DNA from: Actinomycetota bacterium | GTDB lineage: Bacteria; Actinomycetota; Thermoleophilia; BMS3ABIN01 | Reading direction: 5' to 3' | NCBI GenBank assembly: GCA_023382335.1 | Contig: JAMCPM010000019.1 | Location: forward strand, 446 to 64,445 | Length of the DNA stretch: 64,000 nucleotides | Shown: one piece after another, positions 13,699-22,683 of the stretch | How the letters are laid out: each line of letters begins with the position of its first letter | How positions within the stretch are numbered: position 1 is the first letter of the stretch | The notes under the pieces: model-generated | What the model was told of the DNA's origin: nothing | What the model saw: the letters and a program-made list of their open reading frames with translations, nothing else | Database searches by the model: none | Made by a program: the position numbers and the translations under genes

Positions 13699-14337
13699 AT
13701 TAGCATCGAGATCGTCGCCCGGCCCGCGGGGCCGCTGCAGGCCAACAGTTATTTCGTCTACGACCGTGAGAACGGCGCCGGCTTCATGATCGATCCCGGG
13801 GGAGACGCCGGCATGCTCGCCGGCGTCATCGAGGCTTCAGGCGCCGGCTGCGGCGCCATCTTCATCACCCACGGCCACGCCGACCATCTGGGCGGCACTT
13901 CTGAACTGGCCGCTTCCACAGGCGCGGCCGTCTACGGCAGCAGCGAAGTCGGCATGGTGCTCGGCGAGCCCGAGAAATTTCAGCTGTTCCCGGGCATGCC
14001 CGGATTCCCCGCGCATGAGCTTGACAGGATCCTGGCCGGCGGCGAGACCGTCGACGTCAATGGCATCGAGGTAAATGTCATCGCCTCTCCGGGGCACTCT
14101 CCCGGATCGCTCACATACCATGTGGCCGGAGTGCTTTTCACCGGGGATCTGCTTTTTCACGGCTCAATCGGCCGCACCGACCTCCCAGGAGGATCGTTCG
14201 AAGCGCTGGCGGCCTCGGTCAAGAATCTCATCCTGCGATATCCGCCGGATACGAAAGTGTATCCGGGCCATGGCAACACGACCACGCTGGAACAGGAGAG
14301 GGAGAACAATCCCTTCCTGACCGATCTGGGCTGGTAG
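13699..14337 (+). CDS. MBL-fold metallo-hydrolase (glyoxalase II-like), probable ATT start
   Basis: THGHADHLGG motif, and GPLQANSYFV near the N-terminus as in homologues. AAGGAG at 13687-13692 lies 6 nt before in-frame ATT 13699. The alternative GTG 13633 has no SD. The track start at 13408 overlaps the previous gene. Confidence 0.8.
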   Translation: MSIEIVARPAGPLQANSYFVYDRENGAGFMIDPGGDAGMLAGVIEASGAGCGAIFITHGHADHLGGTSELAASTGAAVYGSSEVGMVLGEPEKFQLFPGMPGFPAHELDRILAGGETVDVNGIEVNVIASPGHSPGSLTYHVAGVLFTGDLLFHGSIGRTDLPGGSFEALAASVKNLILRYPPDTKVYPGHGNTTTLEQERENNPFLTDLGW

Positions 14338-14359
14338 CGCCGGCTCCGGGAAGGAAACA

Positions 14360-15613
14360 ATGCAGGGACCCAAAGGAACATACGACGTCCTTCCCGAAGC
14401 GCAACCGCTTCGCGACAAGGTCATCAGCGCCGCTGCGGCCATCTTCCGCGCCGCCGGTTACGGGCACATCAATACGCCGGCCTTCGAGGAGACCGAACTG
14501 TTCGTCCGCGGCGTCGGCAAGTCTTCCGACATCGTCCGCAAGGAGATGTACACCTTCGAGGACAAGGGCGGGCGCAGCCTGACGCTCAAGCCCGAAGGCA
14601 CGGCGCCCGTCGTCAGGTCTTACGTCCAGCACGGCATGCACAAGCTGCCCCAGCCTGTGAAACTCTGGTATTACGAGCGCATGTACCGCTTCGAGCGGCC
14701 CCAGGCCGGCCGTTACCGCGAGCATTACCAGTTCGGCGCCGAGGCGATCGGCTCGGGCGATCCGGCCCTGGACGCCGAGCTTATCATGATGCTCTCGGAG
14801 TTGTATGAGGTCCTGGGCGTGCCCGACCTGACGCTGCGCCTCAGCAGCATGGGCGACAGCGAGTGCCGGCCCGCGTACATGGAGAAGCTCAAGGGATTCC
14901 TGCAATCGGTCGCCGGCGATCTCTGCAACGATTGCCGCGAACGCATGCAGCTTAATCCGCTGAGGGTCTTTGACTGCAAGAACGAGAAGTGCCTGGGCCT
15001 GCTGGCCGGGGCGCCGAAGCTCGTTGATAACCTGTGTGATAGTTGCCAGCAACATTTTGACAGTGTGAAGGGCCTGCTCGACCTGTTCGGGCGCTCCTAC
15101 CACATCGACGGCACTCTCGTCCGGGGCTTTGATTACTACACGCGGACGACTTTCGAGTACGAATGCGCCCGCCTCGGGGCGCAAAAAGGAATCGGCGGCG
15201 GCGGCCGCTATGATAATCTTGTCGAGGAAATCGGCGGGCAGCCATCTGCGGCCTCCGGGTTCGGCACCGGTCTGGAGCGGATCGTCCTGGCGCTGGAATC
15301 GGCGGATATCGGCGCGCCGGCCGCGGCCGCGGACGTATTCTTCGTGATCCTCGCCGATGAAGGAAAGCCCGAAGCCCTCAAGGCGATGCACAGGCTGCGC
15401 GGCCAGGGCGTCATCGCCGACGCCGACTATGCGGGGCGCAAGATGAAAGGCCAGATGAAGCAGGCCAACCGCCTCGGCGCCCGTTTTGCTGTTATCATCG
15501 GTGAGGACGAGATCGCCGCCGGCAAGGCCACCGTGCGCAACATGGAAAGCGGCGGCCAGCAGCTGGTCGAGATGGCCGGCCTTGAACGGCACCTGATTGA
15601 TGCATTGAAATAA
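14360..15613 (+). CDS. hisS: histidine--tRNA ligase
   Basis: MQGPKGTYDVLPE N-terminus, class II motifs and an anticodon-binding C-terminal domain. Confidence 0.95.
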   Translation: MQGPKGTYDVLPEAQPLRDKVISAAAAIFRAAGYGHINTPAFEETELFVRGVGKSSDIVRKEMYTFEDKGGRSLTLKPEGTAPVVRSYVQHGMHKLPQPVKLWYYERMYRFERPQAGRYREHYQFGAEAIGSGDPALDAELIMMLSELYEVLGVPDLTLRLSSMGDSECRPAYMEKLKGFLQSVAGDLCNDCRERMQLNPLRVFDCKNEKCLGLLAGAPKLVDNLCDSCQQHFDSVKGLLDLFGRSYHIDGTLVRGFDYYTRTTFEYECARLGAQKGIGGGGRYDNLVEEIGGQPSAASGFGTGLERIVLALESADIGAPAAAADVFFVILADEGKPEALKAMHRLRGQGVIADADYAGRKMKGQMKQANRLGARFAVIIGEDEIAAGKATVRNMESGGQQLVEMAGLERHLIDALK

Positions 15614-15715
15614 CCTCCGCTGAACGGGAAGGGAATCTTCCCGAGTGAGCGGTTCTCCATAAGCAAAAGCGAGCGAGGGAAGGATTTCCTTCCCGTTTAA
15701 CAGATAGGGTAGTTC

Positions 15716-17464
15716 ATGCGTACCGATTATTGCGGAAAACTGACCAAAGCAGATCTCGACCGCGAGATCAGCCTCTGCGGCTGGGTCCATCGGCGTCGCG
15801 ACCATGGCGGCCTCATCTTCATCGACCTGCGGGATGTCAGCGGCCTGGTGCAGATCGTTTTCGACCCGGAGCGCTCGGGCGAGGTGCACACCATCGGCCA
15901 TTCGCTGCGGCCCGAGGACGTCCTGCGGATCGACGGCAGGATCGCACCGCGGCCGCCGGAAACCGTGAACCCCGTGATGGACACGGGTGAGATCGAGGTC
16001 AATGTCACGGCCGTGGAGGTGCTCAACCGCTCGGAGACTCCTCCATTCAGCGTCGAGGAGCGAGGCGACGTTGACGAGAACCTGCGCCTGAAGTACCGCT
16101 ACATCGACCTGCGCCGCGAGAACATGCTGGTTAACCTGCTCCTGCGTCATCAGGTCTCCCAGACCGTCAGAAACTTTCTCGACTGCAACGGCTTCACCGA
16201 GGTCGAGACCCCGGTGCTGACCAAGAGCACTCCCGAGGGCGCCCGCGACTTCCTGGTGCCTTCGCGGATGCAACCAAAAAAATTCTATGCCCTGCCGCAG
16301 TCGCCGCAGCTGTTCAAGCAGTTGCTGATGGTCGCGGGACTGGACCGCTACTACCAGTTTGCCCACGCCTTTCGCGATGAGGACCTTCGCGCTGACCGTC
16401 AACCCGAGCATACCCAGGTGGACATGGAAATGTCCTTTATGACCGCCGGTGGGATCATGGCGCTGCTCGAGGAGCTGCTCGCCGGCGTCTTCGGGGAGGT
16501 CCTCGGCTCCGATCTCACGGTGCCGTTTCCAAAGATGACCTACGACGAGGCGATGCTGAAGTACGGCTCCGACAAGCCCGACCTGCGCTTCGACCTTCCG
16601 ATCGTCGATGTCTCCAACATCTTCCGCGCCTCCGATTTCGCCGTCTTCGCCCGTGCACTTGCCGACGGCGGCACTGTCAGGGCCATCCGGGCGCCCGGCG
16701 CCGCCCGCTTCTCGCGCCGCGAGATAGATGAGCTGACCGACTTCGCCCTCTCGCACGGCGCCAAGGGTCTGGCCTACCTGGTCATCATGGAGAAGCTCGA
16801 GATGAAGTCGCCGATCGCAAAGTTCCTGGCGCCGGACGAAAAAGCACAGGTGCTGGAAGCGACCGGCGCCGACGAGGGCGACATCGTATTTTTCGTGGCC
16901 GACGAGGTCACGACCGCCGTCGAGGTGCTGGGCGCCCTGCGTCCGCGCCTGGCCTCCGACCTGCAGCTGCCGCTCGAAGGCTGGAGCTTCCTCTGGGTGA
17001 CAGACTTTCCCATGTTCAAACTAGATACCGACAGCGGCGATATCGTCGCCGAGCATCATCCGTTCACCCTTCCCAATGAGGAGACCATCGGTTTTCTGGA
17101 AGACGAGCCGCTGGCTGTACGCGGCAGCCTCTACGATCTGGTCTTGAATGGCGTCGAGATCGCCAGCGGCGGCCTCAGGATACACAAGTCCGATCTGCAG
17201 CGGCGCATCCTCAGCATCCTCGGGCATGAGGACCATCAGATGGAGAGGGATTTCGGATTCCTGCTGGAAGCTCTGAAATACGGAGCTCCGCCACACGGCG
17301 GCCTGGCCTTCGGGCTCGACCGCCTGGTGATGCTGATGGCCGGCCTCTCGACCATTCGCGATGTGATAGCCTTCCCCAAGACCCAGAGCGGCGGCTGTCC
17401 GCTCACCGGAGCGCCGGCGATGGTCGATCCCCGGCAGCTGAAAGAGTTAAAAATCCAGCAATAG
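15716..17464 (+). CDS. aspS: aspartate--tRNA ligase
   Basis: OB-fold N-terminus ([19 protein letters not shown]), [11 protein letters not shown] and [13 protein letters not shown] motifs. Confidence 0.95.
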   Translation: MRTDYCGKLTKADLDREISLCGWVHRRRDHGGLIFIDLRDVSGLVQIVFDPERSGEVHTIGHSLRPEDVLRIDGRIAPRPPETVNPVMDTGEIEVNVTAVEVLNRSETPPFSVEERGDVDENLRLKYRYIDLRRENMLVNLLLRHQVSQTVRNFLDCNGFTEVETPVLTKSTPEGARDFLVPSRMQPKKFYALPQSPQLFKQLLMVAGLDRYYQFAHAFRDEDLRADRQPEHTQVDMEMSFMTAGGIMALLEELLAGVFGEVLGSDLTVPFPKMTYDEAMLKYGSDKPDLRFDLPIVDVSNIFRASDFAVFARALADGGTVRAIRAPGAARFSRREIDELTDFALSHGAKGLAYLVIMEKLEMKSPIAKFLAPDEKAQVLEATGADEGDIVFFVADEVTTAVEVLGALRPRLASDLQLPLEGWSFLWVTDFPMFKLDTDSGDIVAEHHPFTLPNEETIGFLEDEPLAVRGSLYDLVLNGVEIASGGLRIHKSDLQRRILSILGHEDHQMERDFGFLLEALKYGAPPHGGLAFGLDRLVMLMAGLSTIRDVIAFPKTQSGGCPLTGAPAMVDPRQLKELKIQQ

Positions 17465-17753
17465 CGGGAAGTTTTCGGGAGGCAAAACAGGGTCTTGACA
17501 AATAGGTGTTTTCCCTATTTTAAAGGGTTTTTTTACCTATTGCCGAAGAAGAAACCCGTGTGCTAGTATAAATCAAAGCTCGACCTTGTTTGTGATCTGT
17601 AACTTTATTGAGCCAACATATTATGTACGGGAGCTTAGTCTTTCCCACCTGCCTATGGGTAGCTGGGAAGCGGGCACCCACCTGCTGGAGCAGGTTCAAT
17701 AAACTAGCAGACACGGCACGGTGGAGCTTTTATTTGCCAGAAGAAGGAACAGG

Positions 17754-18263
17754 ATGATAAAACTTTCGAGAATTGCGGCCACGGCGCTGATCCTTGCGCT
17801 GGTGGCTTTTTTATTATCCGCCTGTGGCGGCGACGAGGCGGCTGCTCCAACGGCGCAGACTGTCACCAAGACCGCCAAATCCGCAAGCAGCGCCACCGGC
17901 AAGTCCGAGGATCTCGTCGGCCAGGTTGTGACTCCAGGAAATCTGACTCCCGACAAGTTCAAGGCCTCATTGTCGTCCCGGCGGCCGATCGTCGTGCTCT
18001 TCTACATGAACGGGCCATCCGATGACACCCAGGTTCGCTCGTCGGTTCAGTCACTCGAGAGCAAGTACCGCAGCCAGGCAGATTTCTATGAGTATGTCTA
18101 CAGTGACGGCCAGACTTTCGGTGACCTGGCGATGATCCTCAAAGTCAGCACCACACCGGCTGTTATCACCATCAACAAGCAGTCGAAGGTGCAGCGCGCC
18201 TGGTCCGGCTATGTCGACGCCAAGTCCATCGAGCAGGGGATCGTCGAAGCAATCAGCAATTGA
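17754..18263 (+). CDS. lipoprotein, thioredoxin-fold-like
   Basis: MIKLSRIAATALILALVAFLLSAC lipobox from the ATG at 17754, after AAGGAA. The track start at 17721 is less likely. Confidence 0.6.
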   Translation: MIKLSRIAATALILALVAFLLSACGGDEAAAPTAQTVTKTAKSASSATGKSEDLVGQVVTPGNLTPDKFKASLSSRRPIVVLFYMNGPSDDTQVRSSVQSLESKYRSQADFYEYVYSDGQTFGDLAMILKVSTTPAVITINKQSKVQRAWSGYVDAKSIEQGIVEAISN

Positions 18264-18288
18264 CCGGGTTCCGAGCCGGCTCTTGCTT

Positions 18289-18357
18289 GGCCGGTGGGGA
18301 ATTCCCGCTTTCATTTAGGTCTTCGACAATCATTCCAGCGGGAATTCCCCACCGGCC
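18289..18357. repeat. perfect 21-bp inverted repeat (hairpin) containing GGGAATTCCC palindromes
   Basis: GGCCGGTGGGGAATTCCCGCT at 18289-18309 is the exact reverse complement of 18337-18357, with a 27-nt spacer. No T-run follows. Confidence 0.9.
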
Positions 18358-18450
18358 CGTAACTTCCGGCCAAATATCCGATTAATTCCTGCCCGCTTCT
18401 TGATGCCTCCTTTCTTTCAGTCTCCGCCCATCCCGGCTATCATCTAGAGC

Positions 18451-19953
18451 ATGAACGATCTTCTGCGGGAACATTTCGATCATCCAAGAAATGCCGGCGA
18501 ACCCGATCGTGACGACGGTTCCGGCGAAGCCGGCGACAGCGGCTGTGGCGCTGTCATTCGGCTGTATGTCAGCTTCGATGATGAAAACATCGGTAAGGCC
18601 AACTTCCTTGCGTCCGGTTCAAGCGCCGCCATAGCCGCCGGCAGCCTGCTGACGGTATTGATCAGAGGCAAGGGCTGGCGGCAGGCCGCATCACTGACGG
18701 CGGAATCGCTGGAAGAGATGCTCGGTGGTGATGAGCTGGTAAACGCGAGCCGTGCCGCCAACATAAAGAACGCCGCTTTCTTCGCCATCGAGGCGCTGCA
18801 TGCCGCCCTGGAAGACTCGATAGCCAGAGGCACATTTCCGCTGGCAGATTCTATCGATGACGATGCGGTCCTGGTGGCCATGAGCGGCGGCGTCGACAGC
18901 TCTGTCGCCTGCCTGCTCGAAAAACAGCGCGGGCGCAATGTCCTCGGCGTCACCCTGCGCCTCTGGAGCGATCCCGCGAGTGGGGGAGATGGCTCCGTTA
19001 ATTGCTGCTCGCCTGAATCGATCCGTGATGCGAGGTCGATCTGTCACCATCTGGGCATTCCTCATCTGACCATAGATTGTACTGACGAATTCAGGGAGGC
19101 CGTAGTCGATGATTTCGTCTCGGAATACCTCAGCGGGCGTACTCCCAACCCCTGTGCCCGCTGCAACGGCATCTTCAGGTTCCCTAAACTGGTGGAGCTT
19201 GCTCGCAGTCTTGGCGCCGCCGAAGTCGCGACCGGACATTACGCGCGAATCGTGGAAAAGCAGGGCCGGCGGTTGATAGCCCGTGGCGCCGACCGCTCAA
19301 AGGACCAGTCTTACGTGCTCTGGGGGATCGATGCAGCGCTCCTGGACAGCATCAGCTTTCCCCTCGGAGGACTTTCAAAGGAACAGACGCGCCGGCTCGC
19401 CAGGGAGGCCGGCCTTCATGTGCACAACCGGCCCGAAAGCCAGGAGATCTGTTTCATTCCCGACAATGACTACCGCCGTTTTCTTCGCGGCCGCTCCAGT
19501 GAGCTGCCCGGTGAGGGCGAGATCCTCGATGTCGACGGCGCCAGGATGGGTACCCATACTGGCTATACCGACTATACGATCGGCCAGAGGCACGGCCTGG
19601 GCGTCAGCGCGCCCGAGCCGGTTTTCGTCATAGCCACCATTCCGGAAAAAAACCAGGTGATCGTCGGCGGCCGCGACCAGCTGGCGATCAGACAATTAAC
19701 CATTGATCGGGTCAACTGGTTTGTTGACATGGAAGAATATGATTTCTCTGAGCTCCTTGAGATTCAGCTGCGATATAATTCCCTGCCGGTTGCCGGGACA
19801 CTGACTCCGAAAAAAAACAATGCCTTACCAGAACTGCGAATATTGCTGCAGGAACAAGTCTATGGGGTGGCTCCGGGCCAGTCGGCGGTGATCTACTCCG
19901 GTGAGGCGATAGTCGCCGCCGGGGTCATCGATACGACTTCAGTCGTGATTTAG
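18451..19953 (+). CDS. mnmA: tRNA 2-thiouridine(34) synthase MnmA fused to an N-terminal degenerate IscU/NifU-like domain
   Basis: C-terminal ~370 aa carry the PP-loop VLVAMSGGVDSSV and NPCARCNG. The N-terminal ~125 aa align to IscU (HFDHPRNAG ... GCGA). Confidence 0.9.
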   Translation: MNDLLREHFDHPRNAGEPDRDDGSGEAGDSGCGAVIRLYVSFDDENIGKANFLASGSSAAIAAGSLLTVLIRGKGWRQAASLTAESLEEMLGGDELVNASRAANIKNAAFFAIEALHAALEDSIARGTFPLADSIDDDAVLVAMSGGVDSSVACLLEKQRGRNVLGVTLRLWSDPASGGDGSVNCCSPESIRDARSICHHLGIPHLTIDCTDEFREAVVDDFVSEYLSGRTPNPCARCNGIFRFPKLVELARSLGAAEVATGHYARIVEKQGRRLIARGADRSKDQSYVLWGIDAALLDSISFPLGGLSKEQTRRLAREAGLHVHNRPESQEICFIPDNDYRRFLRGRSSELPGEGEILDVDGARMGTHTGYTDYTIGQRHGLGVSAPEPVFVIATIPEKNQVIVGGRDQLAIRQLTIDRVNWFVDMEEYDFSELLEIQLRYNSLPVAGTLTPKKNNALPELRILLQEQVYGVAPGQSAVIYSGEAIVAAGVIDTTSVVI

Positions 19954-21438
19954 AAGAGTCTTCGGCGGGGAAGGGATCCAACTCTCGACACGGTCCCTGC
20001 CGTTGGACTTTGCGCGGTAGAGGGCCGTGTCGGCGCGAGCGATCAGGATCTCCTCGCTGGAGATATTCCTGTCCCAGGTTGATACCCCCAGGCTGACCGT
20101 TATGCCTGTGGTCGTCATGCTATCGGAGCAGACAAATTCCCTGGAGCCGGTCTTGGAACGGATCCGCTCGGCTACTTCCATCGCTTCAGCCATTCCGGTC
20201 TCCGGCAGGATTATCAGAAACTCCTCTCCGCCATAACGCACCGCCAGATCGATCCGCCTGATCTCGTTGCGAATGAGATCGGAGAGCCCCACCAGCAGGT
20301 TGTCGCCGCTGGCGTGGCCGAAGTGATCGTTATAGTCCTTGAAATGATCGAGGTCGAGCATGATCAGGGAAAACGGTTTGCCGGAACGTTTGGAGCGGGC
20401 GAGGGTCTTTTCGAGTTCATCTGTCATGAGCCGGCGATTGGCCAGGCCCGTGAGCGGATCGTGGAGTGAGAGCTCACGCGTCTTTTCGTGCAGCTTCACG
20501 TTCTCTATCGCCGATGCGATCTGCGAACTGATGGATTTCAGCAGTCTGAGCCGGCGCTCCGAGATCTCGACTTTGCCCGGGGGCAGGTATAAATAAAGGA
20601 CGCCCAGGATTTCGCCGACCGAGCCCAACGGAACGATGATATGGGCGTGCTCCCCATCCTCATGGTTATGGAAGTCGTGCCCGGGATCGGTCCGGGAGCT
20701 GTCCGATATGATGATCTCGCCGGTCTGAGCAGCTTTTCCACAGAGGCAATCGCCGATTTGCATATCGTCGTGCATGCTCAGGAACTCGTCCGAATGGCCG
20801 CCAGTGTGGCCGGCCAGCCTCATCTTGCCGTCCTCGATCAGGAAGATGCCCGCCTCGGGCAGGGCCTTGAACAGATGCCTCAATTCTGAGACTGAGTCAA
20901 GCACTTGCAAGATCAGCTCCTGGGTGTCATGCACGTCCGTGGTCGCTTGCGATATCTCGTAAAGGGCCTGAAGTTCGGAGTTTCTTTCTGCCAATTCCCG
21001 GCTTTGCCGGCTGATCTCGGTCTCGATCAGCTTGCGTTTGCCGACGTCACGGATGACGGCGATTATTGAACTGGTTCCGCTCTTCGCGTCAAGCGCCAGA
21101 GCCGCGTTTATCTCTCCCGAGAAGACCGAGCCGTCCTTTTTGAAATAGCGGAATTCGCCGATGCGCTCGCCTCCATCGCGGACAAGCTCGTAAAAAAAAG
21201 CCCGGGCCTGTTCGTGGTCTTCTGGCGCCAGCATGTCAAAAAAATTGATATTCATCATTTCCGCGACGGAATCGTACAAGCACATTTCCGGCGCTTTGCG
21301 GTTAAGGCGGATGAAGTTTCCCTCTGGATCGATTAGGGCCATGATATCGGGAGACATGTCAACCATCGCCTGATCGAGGTCGGCATCAGCCGCTTCAAGA
21401 CGATTATTATGCGAATTGTAAACGCTTTTTTCAGACAT
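19939..21438 (-). CDS. PAS-GAF-GGDEF diguanylate cyclase
   Basis: RYGGEEF active site preceded by an RRID I-site at canonical spacing. PAS and GAF segments lie upstream. ATG at 21438 follows GGAAG; the track's longer N-terminus is rejected. The 3' end overlaps mnmA convergently by 15 nt. Confidence 0.9.
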   Translation of the reverse strand: MSEKSVYNSHNNRLEAADADLDQAMVDMSPDIMALIDPEGNFIRLNRKAPEMCLYDSVAEMMNINFFDMLAPEDHEQARAFFYELVRDGGERIGEFRYFKKDGSVFSGEINAALALDAKSGTSSIIAVIRDVGKRKLIETEISRQSRELAERNSELQALYEISQATTDVHDTQELILQVLDSVSELRHLFKALPEAGIFLIEDGKMRLAGHTGGHSDEFLSMHDDMQIGDCLCGKAAQTGEIIISDSSRTDPGHDFHNHEDGEHAHIIVPLGSVGEILGVLYLYLPPGKVEISERRLRLLKSISSQIASAIENVKLHEKTRELSLHDPLTGLANRRLMTDELEKTLARSKRSGKPFSLIMLDLDHFKDYNDHFGHASGDNLLVGLSDLIRNEIRRIDLAVRYGGEEFLIILPETGMAEAMEVAERIRSKTGSREFVCSDSMTTTGITVSLGVSTWDRNISSEEILIARADTALYRAKSNGRDRVESWIPSPPKTLLNHD

Positions 21439-21888
21439 GTTATCTTCCGTTAGCCGAATCGAAGGTTCGCTCAGTCCGGTATTCAAATTCTGTAGAGCCC
21501 CGGACGGCGGCAACGTAGAAGGGAAGAAGCAAAACGATAGTGACCAAAGGCACAACTCTCCCCGCAGTGGCTGGAAGGACTCGGTAACATTCTCCCCAGA
21601 AGGGCCTATAAATAACCTGCGCCCATTTACGCAAGCTGACTTCGAAATCCGCCCAAACGTCACATAATATGGCCGGCAGGTCGCAAAATCCCGCAAATTG
21701 CATCAGGGAATTCCCACCCCGATAAACGGGGGCATTCCCCGATTCAAGTCGCTTTCCCTTTTGGGGTATATTGGCAACCCAGCCTCAAAAAGAGGTCGGG
21801 TTTTTCTCAAGGAGACCGGTCACAATGGGTGTTTTAACTGTGTTAAGATACAAGCGCCAAACCGTCAATACACGGGAGGAGCACCTCT

Positions 21889-22257
21889 ATGGATTGGACA
21901 GCCGTTCTCGAAGGGTCGTTGAGTTTCTTTCTGGTGATAACAGCGCTGGCGCTGGCGTTTCTGCTGATGAAAATGGGAGGCACGTTTTCACGGCTGAATA
22001 TCTTCCTCAAGAGGCTTGACGAAGAGGTAATCCCGTTGCTCTCGAAGCTCCAGGTTACGCTCGACGAAGTGAACAGCCAGCTGAGCAAGCTGGACGACAT
22101 GATGGGAACCCTGGTAGGGGTGACCGACCGGGTCGACCACACCACCAGGACGATCTCGTCGGCGATAGCGTCGCCGGCAAAGAAAGTAGCAGGGCTTTCC
22201 GCGGGGGTCTCGGAAGCCATCACCTCTCTGGTCAACCAGAGAGGGAGGCATCAGTGA
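21889..22257 (+). CDS. DUF948-type membrane-anchored coiled-coil protein (YtxG-like)
   Basis: N-terminal TM helix then a coiled coil (LSKLQVTLDEVNSQLSKLDD). GGGAGGAG SD. Confidence 0.7.
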   Translation: MDWTAVLEGSLSFFLVITALALAFLLMKMGGTFSRLNIFLKRLDEEVIPLLSKLQVTLDEVNSQLSKLDDMMGTLVGVTDRVDHTTRTISSAIASPAKKVAGLSAGVSEAITSLVNQRGRHQ

Positions 22258-22538
22258 TGGGGAAGCTGGCAGCAAAATTGGGGTGGGCAGGGCTTTTAGC
22301 CGGAGCCGCTGTCCTCTTATATGCCCGCAACCGGGCGCAGCAGACCGGCAGGGACATGGGGACGGTCTTGTCCAATCTGCCGAACGAGCTCAAGGAGACC
22401 CGGGCCGAGCTCGAGCAGGAAGTGAAGGTGGCGGTGGACGCCGGCAAGAAAGCGGCCGCCGAGCGCGAGCATGAGTTCGACCGGGAGCTTTCCCAGGACG
22501 ATCCGGGAATCAGCCCGATGCCGGACTTCCTTGCTTGA
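22254..22538 (+). CDS. YtxH-like membrane-anchored protein
   Basis: N-terminal TM (WAGLLAGAAVLLYA) plus a charged helical tail. Start overlaps the upstream stop. Confidence 0.65.
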   Translation: MMGKLAAKLGWAGLLAGAAVLLYARNRAQQTGRDMGTVLSNLPNELKETRAELEQEVKVAVDAGKKAAAEREHEFDRELSQDDPGISPMPDFLA

Positions 22539-22543
22539 CAGTT

Positions 22544-22568
22544 GTTTAAAGAGAGCGTGAGCGGGTAG
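22544..22568 (+). promoter_or_regulatory. SigB/SigF-type promoter GTTTAA-N13-GGGTAG
   Basis: GTTTAA at 22544-22549 and GGGTAG at 22563-22568, about 115 nt upstream of the sigma factor ATG. Matches the general-stress sigma consensus GTTTAA-N12-15-GGGTAT. Confidence 0.6.
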
Positions 22569-22683
22569 GTCAAAAGCCCGGCCTTTTTGGGAAATCGCCG
22601 AGTTGGCCTTGGTCTTTGGGGGATAGCCATCGAGCAAGCAAACAGTGTCCTTCACTAGGGGGGCAAATCGATGGAGGTGGACC

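Noticed and set aside
14228-16756. 842-aa minus-strand ORF. Similar long ORFs occur at 30585-32492, 3228-4394, 5769-6935, 11630-12748, 35725-36846, 33443-34345, 34433-35386 and 55841-56671.
   Set aside because: Each lies antisense to a gene with clear family signatures (hisS/aspS, glyS, pyrG, M20/NUDIX, pdp, dgt, ppdK, fprA). Their products are Arg/Ala/Gly/Leu-rich with no motifs. These are typical stop-poor shadow frames of GC-rich DNA.
17465-17753. Possible small RNA or riboswitch in the AT-rich aspS-lipoprotein spacer (TTGACA at 17495, CCCACCTGC repeated at 17644 and 17668, several short hairpins).
   Set aside because: No match to any motif I know. The helices are short and AT-rich, and the promoter spacing is poor. 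Probably just a terminator plus promoter region.
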